This document shows, one piece after another, positions 11,119 to 20,884 of a DNA stretch of 64,000 nucleotides; position 1 is the stretch's first letter; each line of letters opens with the position of its first letter. The translations under genes were made by a program, and so were the position numbers. The notes under the pieces are model-generated. The model did no database searches and was not told where the DNA came from. It saw only the letters and a program-made list of their open reading frames with translations. The stretch comes from Sphingobacteriales bacterium (GTDB lineage: Bacteria > Bacteroidota > Bacteroidia > Chitinophagales > CAIOSU01): NCBI GenBank assembly GCA_027483645.1, contig JAIXUD010000023.1, forward strand, positions 90,639-154,638, in the 5' to 3' direction.

Positions 11119-13194
11119 TTATATCTTCAACCGCACGCCGCCCAAAAAGTTGATAGTGGGCGCGGGGTTGTAATATCGGCCTCCAAAAGCATTGATGTCG
11201 TTGCCGAGGCTGTAGGACTGGTTAAGCAGGTTGTCGCCAGAGATATAGAACTCTAAGTCGCGCTTTTTGATGGGCAGGCTGTAACCGATGCGGGCCTGCA
11301 GAATATGGTACGCCTCCGCCTCGGCATCGTTGGCATCGTTGAGGGGGATGCTGGAGGTGAACTGATAAGTAATGTCAATACTCCACTGATAGATGATAAA
11401 GAAGTGCGCAGCTGCAGATACGCCATGACTAGGCACTCCGGTAAGCCGGTTGCCAGAGTAGTTTTCAGTCCCCACTTGGTAATTGGCAAAACGGAAATGC
11501 TGGAAGCTATAATGTGTATGTAAATTGAACTGTGAAATGCCTTTTGGTTGACGGGGGTACCATCCGATATTAAACTCCATATCAAAACCTTTTTGGTTTG
11601 TGCCACCAGCATTTATAAAGTATTCGGCACCGTTGGAGTCCTCTCGTCTTACAATGGCATTATCCAAGCGGAAATAGTAAATCGTGGGCTTTAAGTAATA
11701 GCTTACTTTACTGTTGGATTTAAAATAAGATAGGCCCGCCTCATAGTTCCAACCGTTTTCGGCCTGTAAATTGGTACTGATGATGTTGGTAGATGGTCTT
11801 ACCTCCGCCAAGGTGGGCGGCGAGTAACCGCGGCTTACACTGGCCCTCACATATATTCGCTCCCAAAGTTTGTACGAAGTACCGAAACGTGGCATCCACT
11901 GGGGTTTAAAATTGATATTACGGTAGTCTGTAGTTACAATTGGAAAGCGATTTTGATATTGGTAATCAAACAAATTGAAGCTGACCGCAGCTTCCATAAG
12001 CCATCGGTTAAAGAAGGTTTTGGTAATTCGTGAGAAAAGGAACTGCTGCTGTGCTTTCAGGTTATCCGCTACTTGCATGTCACCTTTTTTGCCGCCGTTA
12101 TTATCATAGTTTTCGAAGTTGGTAAAGGTGTACAAGTACTCGTAGCCATTTATCCAGCTAAACCATTTTTTATCTTTCGGTCCATCCCATTCTATAAACG
12201 TCCGGGCACCCAGAGTATATTCTTTGCGCACCTCGAAATTGGTTATAAATGGGTTTTTGAAATCGGTAAAGCTGCCCCAAGCGCTTACTACATGGCGTAA
12301 GTTGGGTCTTATTGCCCACTCGTGTATTAAGCCATGGTATGTAGTGGTGTTGAAGATGCCCGCTTGCTGCTGCGTGGCACCCGGTAGGGTGGCGGTAGGT
12401 GCACGTGCCGCCGTGGGGTCGTTTTCCATATGGGCAAGGGTGAGGCCGCCCGGTGTTTCGTATTGTAGTTTACTGAACAGGTGGTAAAACGACAGTTTGG
12501 TTTTGGGCATATACTGCCATTGCTGCACGGCCTGCACAAAGTGGCGCTGCATTTGGCTGTTGCGGCGGTAGCCATCGATACGCTGGTAGGCTTGGTTTAC
12601 TTGTAAGGAGTATTTTTTCCATACTTTTTTATAGCTCACATCTTGCTTGGCAAAACCAAAGGAACCAGTTTCTAGGTGGACGTTGAGCGTAGTATCCCAG
12701 CTATACCTATTAGGATATAAAACCAAAACCCCGCCAGAGTTGGCGCCAAAAGTGCTGGCATCAGGGCCTTTAATAATATCAAGGTTATTAAACGCCACAT
12801 TATCAAACAGGTTGAGGTAAGTGTTGCCGCTGGCATCGGTAAAGGGCAATTCGCCCATCAAATATACCTTCACATTGCGCACCCCAAATGGCGAACGAAG
12901 CAAGCTACCCCTTATACTCAAGCGATAGCTGCCCGGCGAACGCTCTTCCATCCTCACGCCCGGTACTTGGTTGAGCACCGATACAAACGAGGTATTGTTG
13001 GGTTGCGATTGCAACTGCTCGGCACCGATAACGTTGATGGAATTGGTGGCCGTTTCCAATGGCTGCGGCGTACTGTAAGCGTTCACCTCCACCGGCCCAA
13101 TCATCACCGTATCCATCACACTCGGCGGCACGGTATCAAGCTGCGCGAAGATGGTAAGTGGCCACAACAACATCGGCCAAAGTATGCTCCTCAT
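11119..13194 (-). CDS. TonB-dependent receptor
   Basis: Signal peptide; plug motifs VPGVRMEERSPGSYRLSIRGS and IIKGPDASTFGANSGGV; C-terminal NLLNQSY...FLGGVRLKI beta-strand. Confidence 0.9.
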   Translation of the reverse strand: MRSILWPMLLWPLTIFAQLDTVPPSVMDTVMIGPVEVNAYSTPQPLETATNSINVIGAEQLQSQPNNTSFVSVLNQVPGVRMEERSPGSYRLSIRGSLLRSPFGVRNVKVYLMGELPFTDASGNTYLNLFDNVAFNNLDIIKGPDASTFGANSGGVLVLYPNRYSWDTTLNVHLETGSFGFAKQDVSYKKVWKKYSLQVNQAYQRIDGYRRNSQMQRHFVQAVQQWQYMPKTKLSFYHLFSKLQYETPGGLTLAHMENDPTAARAPTATLPGATQQQAGIFNTTTYHGLIHEWAIRPNLRHVVSAWGSFTDFKNPFITNFEVRKEYTLGARTFIEWDGPKDKKWFSWINGYEYLYTFTNFENYDNNGGKKGDMQVADNLKAQQQFLFSRITKTFFNRWLMEAAVSFNLFDYQYQNRFPIVTTDYRNINFKPQWMPRFGTSYKLWERIYVRASVSRGYSPPTLAEVRPSTNIISTNLQAENGWNYEAGLSYFKSNSKVSYYLKPTIYYFRLDNAIVRREDSNGAEYFINAGGTNQKGFDMEFNIGWYPRQPKGISQFNLHTHYSFQHFRFANYQVGTENYSGNRLTGVPSHGVSAAAHFFIIYQWSIDITYQFTSSIPLNDANDAEAEAYHILQARIGYSLPIKKRDLEFYISGDNLLNQSYSLGNDINAFGGRYYNPAPTINFLGGVRLKI

Positions 13195-13312
13195 AGTATG
13201 GTCTTACAATATCCAGGGTAAATATAGGCTTTTGAGGGTTGTGTGCCACAAGCTGGTGGTAAACGTGATATCCCTGTGTTGCCCTCATTTCTATTTACTA
13301 TTTTTGAAAGCT

Positions 13313-13852
13313 ATGAAAGGATTACCACAAATAGTACTGGTGATGATGGCCGTTTGCCTTTTGGCAGCTTGTGGCCCCAGCTATACCCCGCCTCCAGATT
13401 GGCTGAAGCATGAAAACCATACTTTTAAATTTACGGTTTATTACCCTCAAGGGTGGAAACTAAGCAATCAAGGCAGCCCTGAGCTAATATTTTACATCAG
13501 CTCCCCCAAGCTTTCGGAATATGATTATGTGCAAGAAAACGTAAACCTAATTTCGCAAGTGGTAGCGCCTGAAACCGATTTGGCTACCTACGAGCAAGAG
13601 TTGGAAAAAAAAGCAAACAGCCAACTACAAAACATTAAAAAGATTTCGTCTACCGAAATGGAGTTTAAAGGGCACCCTGCAATAAATAGTGTTTATGAGG
13701 CGGTAGTAAACGATGTAAGGGTTAAGTGGAACCAGTACGTATGGCTGCAAGATGATAGGGTATACCTGCTAACCTACTCCGCCGATATATCTCAATACGA
13801 AACCTACAAGGGCTTAGCAACGGAGATAATTGAATCGCTGCAATTTTATTGA
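13313..13852 (+). CDS. PsbP/DcrB-like lipoprotein
   Basis: Lipobox LAAC, FTVYYPQGW, ENVNL, VYLLTYS...IIESLQF. Start moved to ATG 13313. Confidence 0.7.
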   Translation: MKGLPQIVLVMMAVCLLAACGPSYTPPPDWLKHENHTFKFTVYYPQGWKLSNQGSPELIFYISSPKLSEYDYVQENVNLISQVVAPETDLATYEQELEKKANSQLQNIKKISSTEMEFKGHPAINSVYEAVVNDVRVKWNQYVWLQDDRVYLLTYSADISQYETYKGLATEIIESLQFY

Positions 13853-14199
13853 GCGTTTTTCCTCCAAGTCATTATGATGGCTACTAGTGTGGCAAGTAGG
13901 TACAGCACCGCCGCAAACAGCCAGATGTAAGGCAGGTATAGCTTGCCGTTGCTGAACATATCCCAAGCAATGAGGCCAGCTACCACAGCATCAGTAAGGT
14001 TGATGATGGCGCCAGGGTAGGGGCCATAATACCGTGCTAGGAAGAACGCTAGTAGATTTAAAGCGGCAACAATAGTAAGCAGGGTGGTAACCACGCTATT
14101 GGCTTGCTCGGCATATTCCACAGCCGAAAACGCGAAAAGGCCCACTGCCATTATCAGCAGGTACCGCTGCCATTTAAACTGTATACTTGCTATCGACAT
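13846..14199 (-). CDS. Small integral membrane protein (about 4 TM), unknown function
   Basis: Four hydrophobic segments; start chosen at MSIASIQ. Confidence 0.6.
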   Translation of the reverse strand: MSIASIQFKWQRYLLIMAVGLFAFSAVEYAEQANSVVTTLLTIVAALNLLAFFLARYYGPYPGAIINLTDAVVAGLIAWDMFSNGKLYLPYIWLFAAVLYLLATLVAIIMTWRKNAQ

Positions 14200-14290
14200 A
14201 TTGTAAAGGTGCAGATAATATCTTATCCAAACCTCATTTGGCAAGGTAGCGTGGTTTACTTTCGGCAAAAAAGAATTTTAATTTTGCGTA

Positions 14291-14641
14291 ATGACTCCTA
14301 AAGGAATACTGCTGGAATGGATTGATGCTTTCAACAAAGCCGACGCTGACGTGTTGGCAAACTTATACCACTCCGATGCCATCAACCACCAAGTGGCCAA
14401 TGAGCCTGTAGTGGGCCGTGCCGCCATTCATGCCATGTTTAAGCAGGAGTTTTCGCAAGCAGATATGGTGTGCCAGCCGGAGAATATTTTTGAGGATGGG
14501 GAATGGGTCATTATGGAATGGAAAGACCCTTTGGGAATGCGAGGCTGTGGTTTCTTTCAAGTGCGTAATGGTTTGATAGTTTTTCAACGTGGATATTGGG
14601 ACAAGATTTCCTTCTTGAAATTGCACGGGTTAACAACCTAA
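14291..14641 (+). CDS. NTF2/SnoaL-like family protein
   Basis: WIDAFN..D...LY..DA.NHQVA, GEWVIMEWKDPLGMRGCGFF, IVFQRGYWD. Confidence 0.85.
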   Translation: MTPKGILLEWIDAFNKADADVLANLYHSDAINHQVANEPVVGRAAIHAMFKQEFSQADMVCQPENIFEDGEWVIMEWKDPLGMRGCGFFQVRNGLIVFQRGYWDKISFLKLHGLTT

Positions 14642-14761
14642 TAAAACTGCCCTTTGCAAAAACATTTTTTTGCAAAGCATGAAACCAATTGCTTACTTGC
14701 ACTGTCTAAAGCAGATACGAAGCCTCATCCTCCTTTCTCTTTTTCAATTCCCTCATTACCC

Positions 14762-16039
14762 ATGAAGCTTACAATAGCCATTATTTTTACTGTCCTTACT
14801 TTACAAGTGTGGGCGGCTGATGCCAAGCTAGAACAGTATGATCTAGTAGCCACCTACACCTTAGAGGATCTAAAGGTGTTCTGGAAAAAGACCGGCGTAC
14901 CCGAATTCATAGCCCCGCTGAATAACGGCATTGATGTGTATGAGGTGATTTACCAAAGCACTTGGATTGATAGCACACCCATAAAGGCATCGGGCTTGTA
15001 CTTTGTGCCGCAAGGCAATCATAAAAATCTGCCCCTAATCATATACCACCATGGTACACAGATAGAGAAAGCCCGCAAGATACGCCTTGGTGGGGAGCAG
15101 GGCATTTGCGCAGGCTTTGCCGCCGATGGATATGCGGTGCTTATGCCCGATTACTTTGGTTTGGGCAAAGGCGAAAAAATGCACCTATATATACATGCTG
15201 ATACTGAAGCTCGCGCTGCTATGGATATGCACCGTAGCGTGAAAGCCTTGAACGAAAAAGAAGGTATTACTTGGAGCGATAAGCTTTTCATTACCGGCTA
15301 TTCCCAAGGCGGGCATGCGGCTATGGCTACCCACATGGCCATGGAGCGCGACTATTCAGAGGAGTTCAATGTAACCGCCTCGGCACCTATGAGCGGGCCG
15401 TATGATGTATCGGGGGATCAAGGCTCAGTAATGTTTCAACCGTATTCGCACCCCGGCTATTTGCCCTACCTCATCTACAGCTACCAAGAGGTTTATCAAT
15501 TGGTGCCAGATGTAAACAAGCTCTTCCGTGCACCTTACGATACGCTGCTGCCGGCTATGTTTGATGGCACCCACTCGATGGGCGAGATAAACAGGCTATT
15601 GCCTGGCATACCCAAGGATATGATGGTTGATGAAGTAGTACAGGCTTTTCTTACCGATACTGCCTATGCCTTCCGTAAAGCTTTGCAGAAAAATGATGTA
15701 TACGATTGGAAGCCAAATGCCCCAGTGCTGTTATGCTACTGCAAAGGCGATGAGCAGGTGAATTATAAAAACTCCCTGAAAACCGAGCGCACCATGAAGG
15801 CCAACGGCGCCAAAAACGTGAGGCTAAAGCATTGCGGCAAAAAATTTACACACGGCACATGCGCGCTATACACGGTTATTTTTACTAAAATGTGGTTTGA
15901 TAGCTTTGTGGATGGCAGCACCAAGGGCAGAAAGGGGCCTGTATTTAAGCGCATGCTCATTAACCTCAGCAAGGGTAAGATGGTAAAAGCCCAAAAGAAG
16001 CGCCAAAAGGAACGGGAAAAACGAGATCAAGCCAAGTAG
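14762..16039 (+). CDS. Secreted alpha/beta-hydrolase (secretory lipase-like)
   Basis: Signal peptide, YHHGT, PDYFGLG, nucleophile elbow GYSQGG, D(EQV) and H(GT) candidates, basic C-terminal tail. Confidence 0.8.
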   Translation: MKLTIAIIFTVLTLQVWAADAKLEQYDLVATYTLEDLKVFWKKTGVPEFIAPLNNGIDVYEVIYQSTWIDSTPIKASGLYFVPQGNHKNLPLIIYHHGTQIEKARKIRLGGEQGICAGFAADGYAVLMPDYFGLGKGEKMHLYIHADTEARAAMDMHRSVKALNEKEGITWSDKLFITGYSQGGHAAMATHMAMERDYSEEFNVTASAPMSGPYDVSGDQGSVMFQPYSHPGYLPYLIYSYQEVYQLVPDVNKLFRAPYDTLLPAMFDGTHSMGEINRLLPGIPKDMMVDEVVQAFLTDTAYAFRKALQKNDVYDWKPNAPVLLCYCKGDEQVNYKNSLKTERTMKANGAKNVRLKHCGKKFTHGTCALYTVIFTKMWFDSFVDGSTKGRKGPVFKRMLINLSKGKMVKAQKKRQKEREKRDQAK

Positions 16040-16111
16040 AACATTTATAGGCAAGCCGTTGTTTTCACATTAATTGACTCCTCCCTAATTTTAAATAGCT
16101 ATTTTGCATTT

Positions 16112-16492
16112 GTGAAAAATTTAAGGTGCACCTTAAAAATATCCTTTGCGTTGTTCCTCTGCCTGCAGATGTTCAATGTGTGCGTGTATTTGCCATCTTA
16201 TGCTTTTCCTAACGGTGGCAATGTTGATTTAACCGATTCGCTACTGGAATTGATTGTGGAAGGCATTAGCCATAACCACAATACCATGGACACCGATGGC
16301 GATGCCGATGGCTCAAACACCTTCCCCACCTTTAATGAAGAGACTTTAGAAGACCTCCACCCACCAGAGGAGAATGTAATAGATTTCGCGCTTTATACCC
16401 GCGTTCAGGTAGAGCACAATTACTACCACTTTACTCCCGACATCAAGACCCACGTCCTTTCCGTGGTGTCTCCCCCTCCCGACTTTTGTTGA
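16112..16492 (+). CDS. Small exported/membrane protein ending in SPPPDFC; putative leader ORF of the SulP-carbonic anhydrase operon
   Basis: GTG start, N-terminal hydrophobic segment, His/Asp/Glu-rich middle, C-terminal PPP motif. Confidence 0.6.
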   Translation: MKNLRCTLKISFALFLCLQMFNVCVYLPSYAFPNGGNVDLTDSLLELIVEGISHNHNTMDTDGDADGSNTFPTFNEETLEDLHPPEENVIDFALYTRVQVEHNYYHFTPDIKTHVLSVVSPPPDFC

Positions 16493-16575
16493 TTGAATAG
16501 TGCTTAACGTGTTGCCTGCCGAAGGCTTGCCCGTCGCACAAATGCATCAATTAACCATGATTTCAGCAAATTACC

Positions 16576-16761
16576 ATGACAATATTTTTATGTGCGTGCA
16601 CGGCCCTCCTGCTTTGTTTAGGTACTTCTACTTTTACTTATAGCAATACTATCCCCGTTGCCACTATCTTATTTGGTTTGGGAGCTTTATCCTCATTCTG
16701 GGTGGCTAAGCTTCTCAATGGTCAGTTTTCAATCATTTTGTGTCAAACAATTATTGTATAA
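16576..16761 (+). CDS. Putative 61-aa two-helix membrane peptide coupled to the SulP gene
   Basis: Hydrophobic ORF whose TAA (16759-16761) overlaps the SulP ATG (16761) as TAATG. Confidence 0.4.
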   Translation: MTIFLCACTALLLCLGTSTFTYSNTIPVATILFGLGALSSFWVAKLLNGQFSIILCQTIIV

Positions 16762-18356
16762 TGACTAAACCAAAAGGATTATTTAGAGAGTTACAATATG
16801 ATGCGCCTGCGGGCTTGGTGGTGTTTCTGGTAGCGTTGCCATTATGCCTAGGCATAGCGCTTGCATCGGGCGCGCCATTGTTTTCGGGGCTTATTGCAGG
16901 CATTATTGGCGGCTTGGTGGTTGGTTCCATTAGTGGGTCAGCAGGGAGTGTAAGTGGGCCAGCAGCGGGCCTTTCTGCTATTGTACTTGTGGCCTTGGCA
17001 GATTTAGGCTCATACGAAGTGTTTTTGCTTGCAGTAATGCTGGCGGGTGTCCTTCAATTGTTGTTAGGTGTAGCGAAGGCAGGCATTATCGGCTACTACT
17101 TTCCATCATCCGTTATCAAAGGCATGCTGGCAGCTATTGGACTGATACTGATACTAAAGCAGCTACCGCACATCTTTGGCCTAGATACTGAAGCCATGGG
17201 CGATGAGGCATTGGGTTTGCCAAATGGCAAGGAGATACCGATTTTTCAATCGTTGTTTGAGTCGCTACATGCTATTTGGCTGGCGGTAACCAATCCTGAA
17301 ATTGGAGCGGTTATCATTGCTAGTGTATCATTAACAATATTGATTGTGTGGGATTTGGCTTTTCTTAAAAAGTACAAGTTCTTCAAGCTGGTACCAGGGG
17401 CATTAATAGCGGTTTTAGTTGCTACCGGGCTTAATCAGTTATTTGTAGCAGTGGCGCCACACCTTGCCCTATCTGGCAATCACTTGGTAGCGTTGCCAGT
17501 GGCCAATAGCGCTGGGGAGTTTTTGTCTTTCTTAACCCTTCCTGACTTCACGGCATTTACCAACTTTGCCATGTATAAGGTGGCATTTACCATTGCCATA
17601 GTAGCCAGCTTGGAATCGTTATTAAGTTTGGAAGCAGCAGATAAGCTAGACCCTTTTAAGCGAAATAGCCCAACCAACCGAGAGCTGATAGCACAAGGTA
17701 CCGGCAACATTGTAAGTGGATTGATTGGGGGTTTGCCCGTTACAGCGGTAATAGTGCGCAGCTCTGCTAACATCAATGCTGGGGCGCGCACCAAAATGTC
17801 GGCTATGTTGCATGGCGCATTGCTGTTGATATGTGCAATCTTTATACCTAACATACTCAATTTAATTCCTTTGGCGGGCTTAGCAGCTTTGTTACTACTG
17901 GTAGGTTATAAGCTCACTAAAATTTCTTTGGTAGTTGAAATGTTTAAGCAAGGCACGCGCCAGTTTCTCCCTTTCATTGTTACTATCCTAGTCATTATTG
18001 TAGAGGATTTGTTGATAGGGATTGGCGTGGGTATGGTCATTTCCATTTTCTTCATCATCAAAGACAATTACAAAACGCCTTATTTCTTCCGTAAGGCCAG
18101 CGAATCAAGAGACCAAGTTGCCGTGCTGGAATTATCGGAGCACGTGAGCTTTTTGAATAAGGGAAGCATACAACTTACTTTGGATGAATTGCCTGCCAAT
18201 TCCAAGGTGATTGTTGATGGCACTAAAACCGTACAGATAGATTATGATGTACAAGAGGTGATATACAATTTTTGGAATCACGCAGAAGAACGCGGAATTA
18301 CCGTCACATTAAAAAATATTGATTTTAAAGGATTTAAACCGTCAAAAGGACACTAA
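16761..18356 (+). CDS. SulP/SLC26 family anion (probably bicarbonate) transporter
   Basis: DAPAGLVVFLVALPLCLGIALASGAP, VSGPAAGL, NRELIAQG.GN, VIVRSSAN motifs, STAS-like C-terminus; adjacent to carbonic anhydrase. Confidence 0.92.
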   Translation: MTKPKGLFRELQYDAPAGLVVFLVALPLCLGIALASGAPLFSGLIAGIIGGLVVGSISGSAGSVSGPAAGLSAIVLVALADLGSYEVFLLAVMLAGVLQLLLGVAKAGIIGYYFPSSVIKGMLAAIGLILILKQLPHIFGLDTEAMGDEALGLPNGKEIPIFQSLFESLHAIWLAVTNPEIGAVIIASVSLTILIVWDLAFLKKYKFFKLVPGALIAVLVATGLNQLFVAVAPHLALSGNHLVALPVANSAGEFLSFLTLPDFTAFTNFAMYKVAFTIAIVASLESLLSLEAADKLDPFKRNSPTNRELIAQGTGNIVSGLIGGLPVTAVIVRSSANINAGARTKMSAMLHGALLLICAIFIPNILNLIPLAGLAALLLLVGYKLTKISLVVEMFKQGTRQFLPFIVTILVIIVEDLLIGIGVGMVISIFFIIKDNYKTPYFFRKASESRDQVAVLELSEHVSFLNKGSIQLTLDELPANSKVIVDGTKTVQIDYDVQEVIYNFWNHAEERGITVTLKNIDFKGFKPSKGH

Positions 18357-18367
18357 AAAATAACGTT

Positions 18368-19021
18368 ATGGAAAAATCGTATAACAGGTTGATAGAGAAT
18401 AACAGGGTGTGGGTAGAAGAGAAACTAACACTTGACCCTGATTACTTTAAAAGGAAGGCCTTAGGTCAAAAACCAGAGTTTCTATGGGTGGGCTGCTCCG
18501 ATAGCCGCGTACCGGCGAACGAGATTACTAATACAGAGGCCGGTGAAATCTTCGTACACCGCAATATTGCCAACATGGTGGTACATACGGACCTTAACTT
18601 TATGAGTGTGCTTCAGTATGCGGTTGAGGTGCTTAATGTAAAGCATATCATCGTATGCGGCCACTATGGTTGCGGCGGTGTGAATGCTGCCATGGGCACC
18701 GATAGCCATGGATTGGTAAACAAGTGGTTGCGCAACATAAAGGAAGTATACGCTAAGTACGAGTCGGAGTTGGATGCGATTGACGACAATACCTTGCGCA
18801 GTAACAGGTTGGTAGAGCTAAACGTGATAGAACAAGTGCACAACCTGGCCAAAACCAGTATCGTGCAGAAGGCTTGGGCCTCGCGCACCTTGCAAGTGCA
18901 TGGCTGGGTGTATGGTTTGGACAGCGGCCGTATTAAAGATTTGGGCTGTATGGTGGATGAGATTGAGGACCTTGAGGCTATTTTTCGCTTCGAATTTCAC
19001 AAGACTGCCGTTAAGGGATAG
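18368..19021 (+). CDS. can: Beta-class carbonic anhydrase
   Basis: GCSDSRVP, FVHRNIAN and CGHYGCGG zinc-ligand motifs. Confidence 0.93.
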   Translation: MEKSYNRLIENNRVWVEEKLTLDPDYFKRKALGQKPEFLWVGCSDSRVPANEITNTEAGEIFVHRNIANMVVHTDLNFMSVLQYAVEVLNVKHIIVCGHYGCGGVNAAMGTDSHGLVNKWLRNIKEVYAKYESELDAIDDNTLRSNRLVELNVIEQVHNLAKTSIVQKAWASRTLQVHGWVYGLDSGRIKDLGCMVDEIEDLEAIFRFEFHKTAVKG

Positions 19022-19076
19022 TTTTCTTGCTTATTGACAATATCCTGCTCGAGGTAGCCTCATTGAGTAGTTTGTT

Positions 19077-19119
19077 GACCCCCGGAATCCCCCTGCCAGG
19101 TTTTTCGGGGTTTTTCTTT
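19077..19119 (+). terminator. Intrinsic terminator after carbonic anhydrase
   Basis: GACCCCCGGAA...TTCGGGGTT stem followed by a T-rich tract. Confidence 0.6.
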
Positions 19120-19171
19120 GTCGCTGCGCAACTAGCTAGCCGCACTATTCGTTATGTTTGCGTTTAAGAAC

Positions 19172-20665
19172 ATGGAACGCAACGGTCTGCTATATTACTT
19201 TTTACTAGCTTTAATGCTATTGGCACAGCTGTCTGGTTTTGGCCAAAGTAAAAAACGCGATGGCTACCGTCAGCAACTGGATAAGGTATACACTGCCGAA
19301 GCCATTGCCGCGGATGTAGATTACTTTTACACTTCGCTACAAACTGCCCACCCGGATTTGTACCGCTATGTATCCCCCACCGAAATGGACTCTATGGTTG
19401 CGGATTTGAAAGGTAAGGGCAGCCTTTCGTTGCAGGTGTTTTTTAATGAAATCAACCACATTGCTACCACCATAGGTTGTGGACACTTGATGGTGAGTTA
19501 CCCCAAAAAGTTGGTGCCCTACTTTGCTAAATATGCCTACTACCCTCCCTTACATATCGAAATGCACGATAGTACAGCTATTGTAAAACTGAACCTGCAA
19601 GACGATGAATCGTTTGATAATGCCATTGTGCACTCCATTAACGGACAATCTATTGATAGCATCCAAGTAAAGATGGGGACCTTGTTGGTGCGCGATGGCT
19701 ACAACCAAGCGGCCAATAATTGGTTTTTGCAAGAAGGGTGGTTCAATGAGCTTTACATCCAATATTGGCCCGATAGCAGCCAATATACCTATCAGTTAGA
19801 AATGCTAGGCGATAGTGGTTGGATTACTAAAACCGTGACCCTACCTGCTTATGATTACCAAACCTTAAAGCCTAAGCGGCCAAAGCGGGAAAAGCCAGAG
19901 CCACAGTTAACCATAAAACTGGATGATTATACCAATACGGCCATCTTAACAATAAAGTCGTTCGATCATCTGGAGATTAAACGCGGGCGGCAGAGCTTTG
20001 GAAAGTTTATAAAGGAGGCGTTTTGGCGCATCTATCAAGACCAACCTGAGCAACTGATTATCGACTTAAGAAGCAATGAAGGGGGCAGTTCCTTTTTCCC
20101 GGAAATAATTATCGGCTTCCTTAGTGAGGAACCCTACAGGCTATACCGTAATATGGAGATACGCTACAGTAGCAAGGCTTATAAAAAGAAAGCTGGCCCT
20201 ATTAAGGTAAACCGTACCTACCGGAGCATGGAAAAGCACGGTGAGGCTGGCGGCACCAACGGCAACTACAAATTCGACCGATTTACGGGTAAAATCAAAT
20301 CCAATCCCTTTCATTATGCGGGTACGGTGTATGTAATGGTAAATGGCGGCACCTATTCGGCTGCATCGGAGTTGGCCTGTTACTTAAACGAGCATGTTGA
20401 GGCCGTAATAGTAGGTGGCGAAACGGGTGGCACGTGCGACCCCATTACAGCCGGTATGCACGGCATAGCCAAGCTACCCAACACAGGTATTACGGTGCAT
20501 ATACCCCTTGTAACCTATTACAAAGACATTACCCAGCCACGCCAAGCGGGTTGCGGCCTTCAGCCTGATATACCGCAATACTTCCGCCCAACGGATTCCA
20601 TCCCCGACCCAGAACTGGAACGCTTACTGGAGATTATTGAAGGCCAGGGCTTAAAGGTGGAGTAG
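19172..20665 (+). CDS. S41 family (tail-specific-protease-like) peptidase
   Basis: Signal peptide, HPDLY, LIIDLRSNEGG, TYSAASE, IVGGETGG. TATGTTTG -7 element at 19153-19160 favours start 19172. Confidence 0.85.
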   Translation: MERNGLLYYFLLALMLLAQLSGFGQSKKRDGYRQQLDKVYTAEAIAADVDYFYTSLQTAHPDLYRYVSPTEMDSMVADLKGKGSLSLQVFFNEINHIATTIGCGHLMVSYPKKLVPYFAKYAYYPPLHIEMHDSTAIVKLNLQDDESFDNAIVHSINGQSIDSIQVKMGTLLVRDGYNQAANNWFLQEGWFNELYIQYWPDSSQYTYQLEMLGDSGWITKTVTLPAYDYQTLKPKRPKREKPEPQLTIKLDDYTNTAILTIKSFDHLEIKRGRQSFGKFIKEAFWRIYQDQPEQLIIDLRSNEGGSSFFPEIIIGFLSEEPYRLYRNMEIRYSSKAYKKKAGPIKVNRTYRSMEKHGEAGGTNGNYKFDRFTGKIKSNPFHYAGTVYVMVNGGTYSAASELACYLNEHVEAVIVGGETGGTCDPITAGMHGIAKLPNTGITVHIPLVTYYKDITQPRQAGCGLQPDIPQYFRPTDSIPDPELERLLEIIEGQGLKVE

Positions 20666-20884
20666 AGGGCCAAAGGTATATTGCCTCATTTGAGCTAACC
20701 ATTATTACGTATTATTTGTTTCCCCAAAGGGGTTTTGTAATGCTAGGATATGGCACCGCCCTATCTAATTAACGAAAGGAACGTCTCCAAGGTACAATTG
20801 CCCATTCATACCATAAACGTCCATCCTCACTCACCCACTAAACAACCAACTCCGTATATTACACAACGGATAAACTATGTGAGG

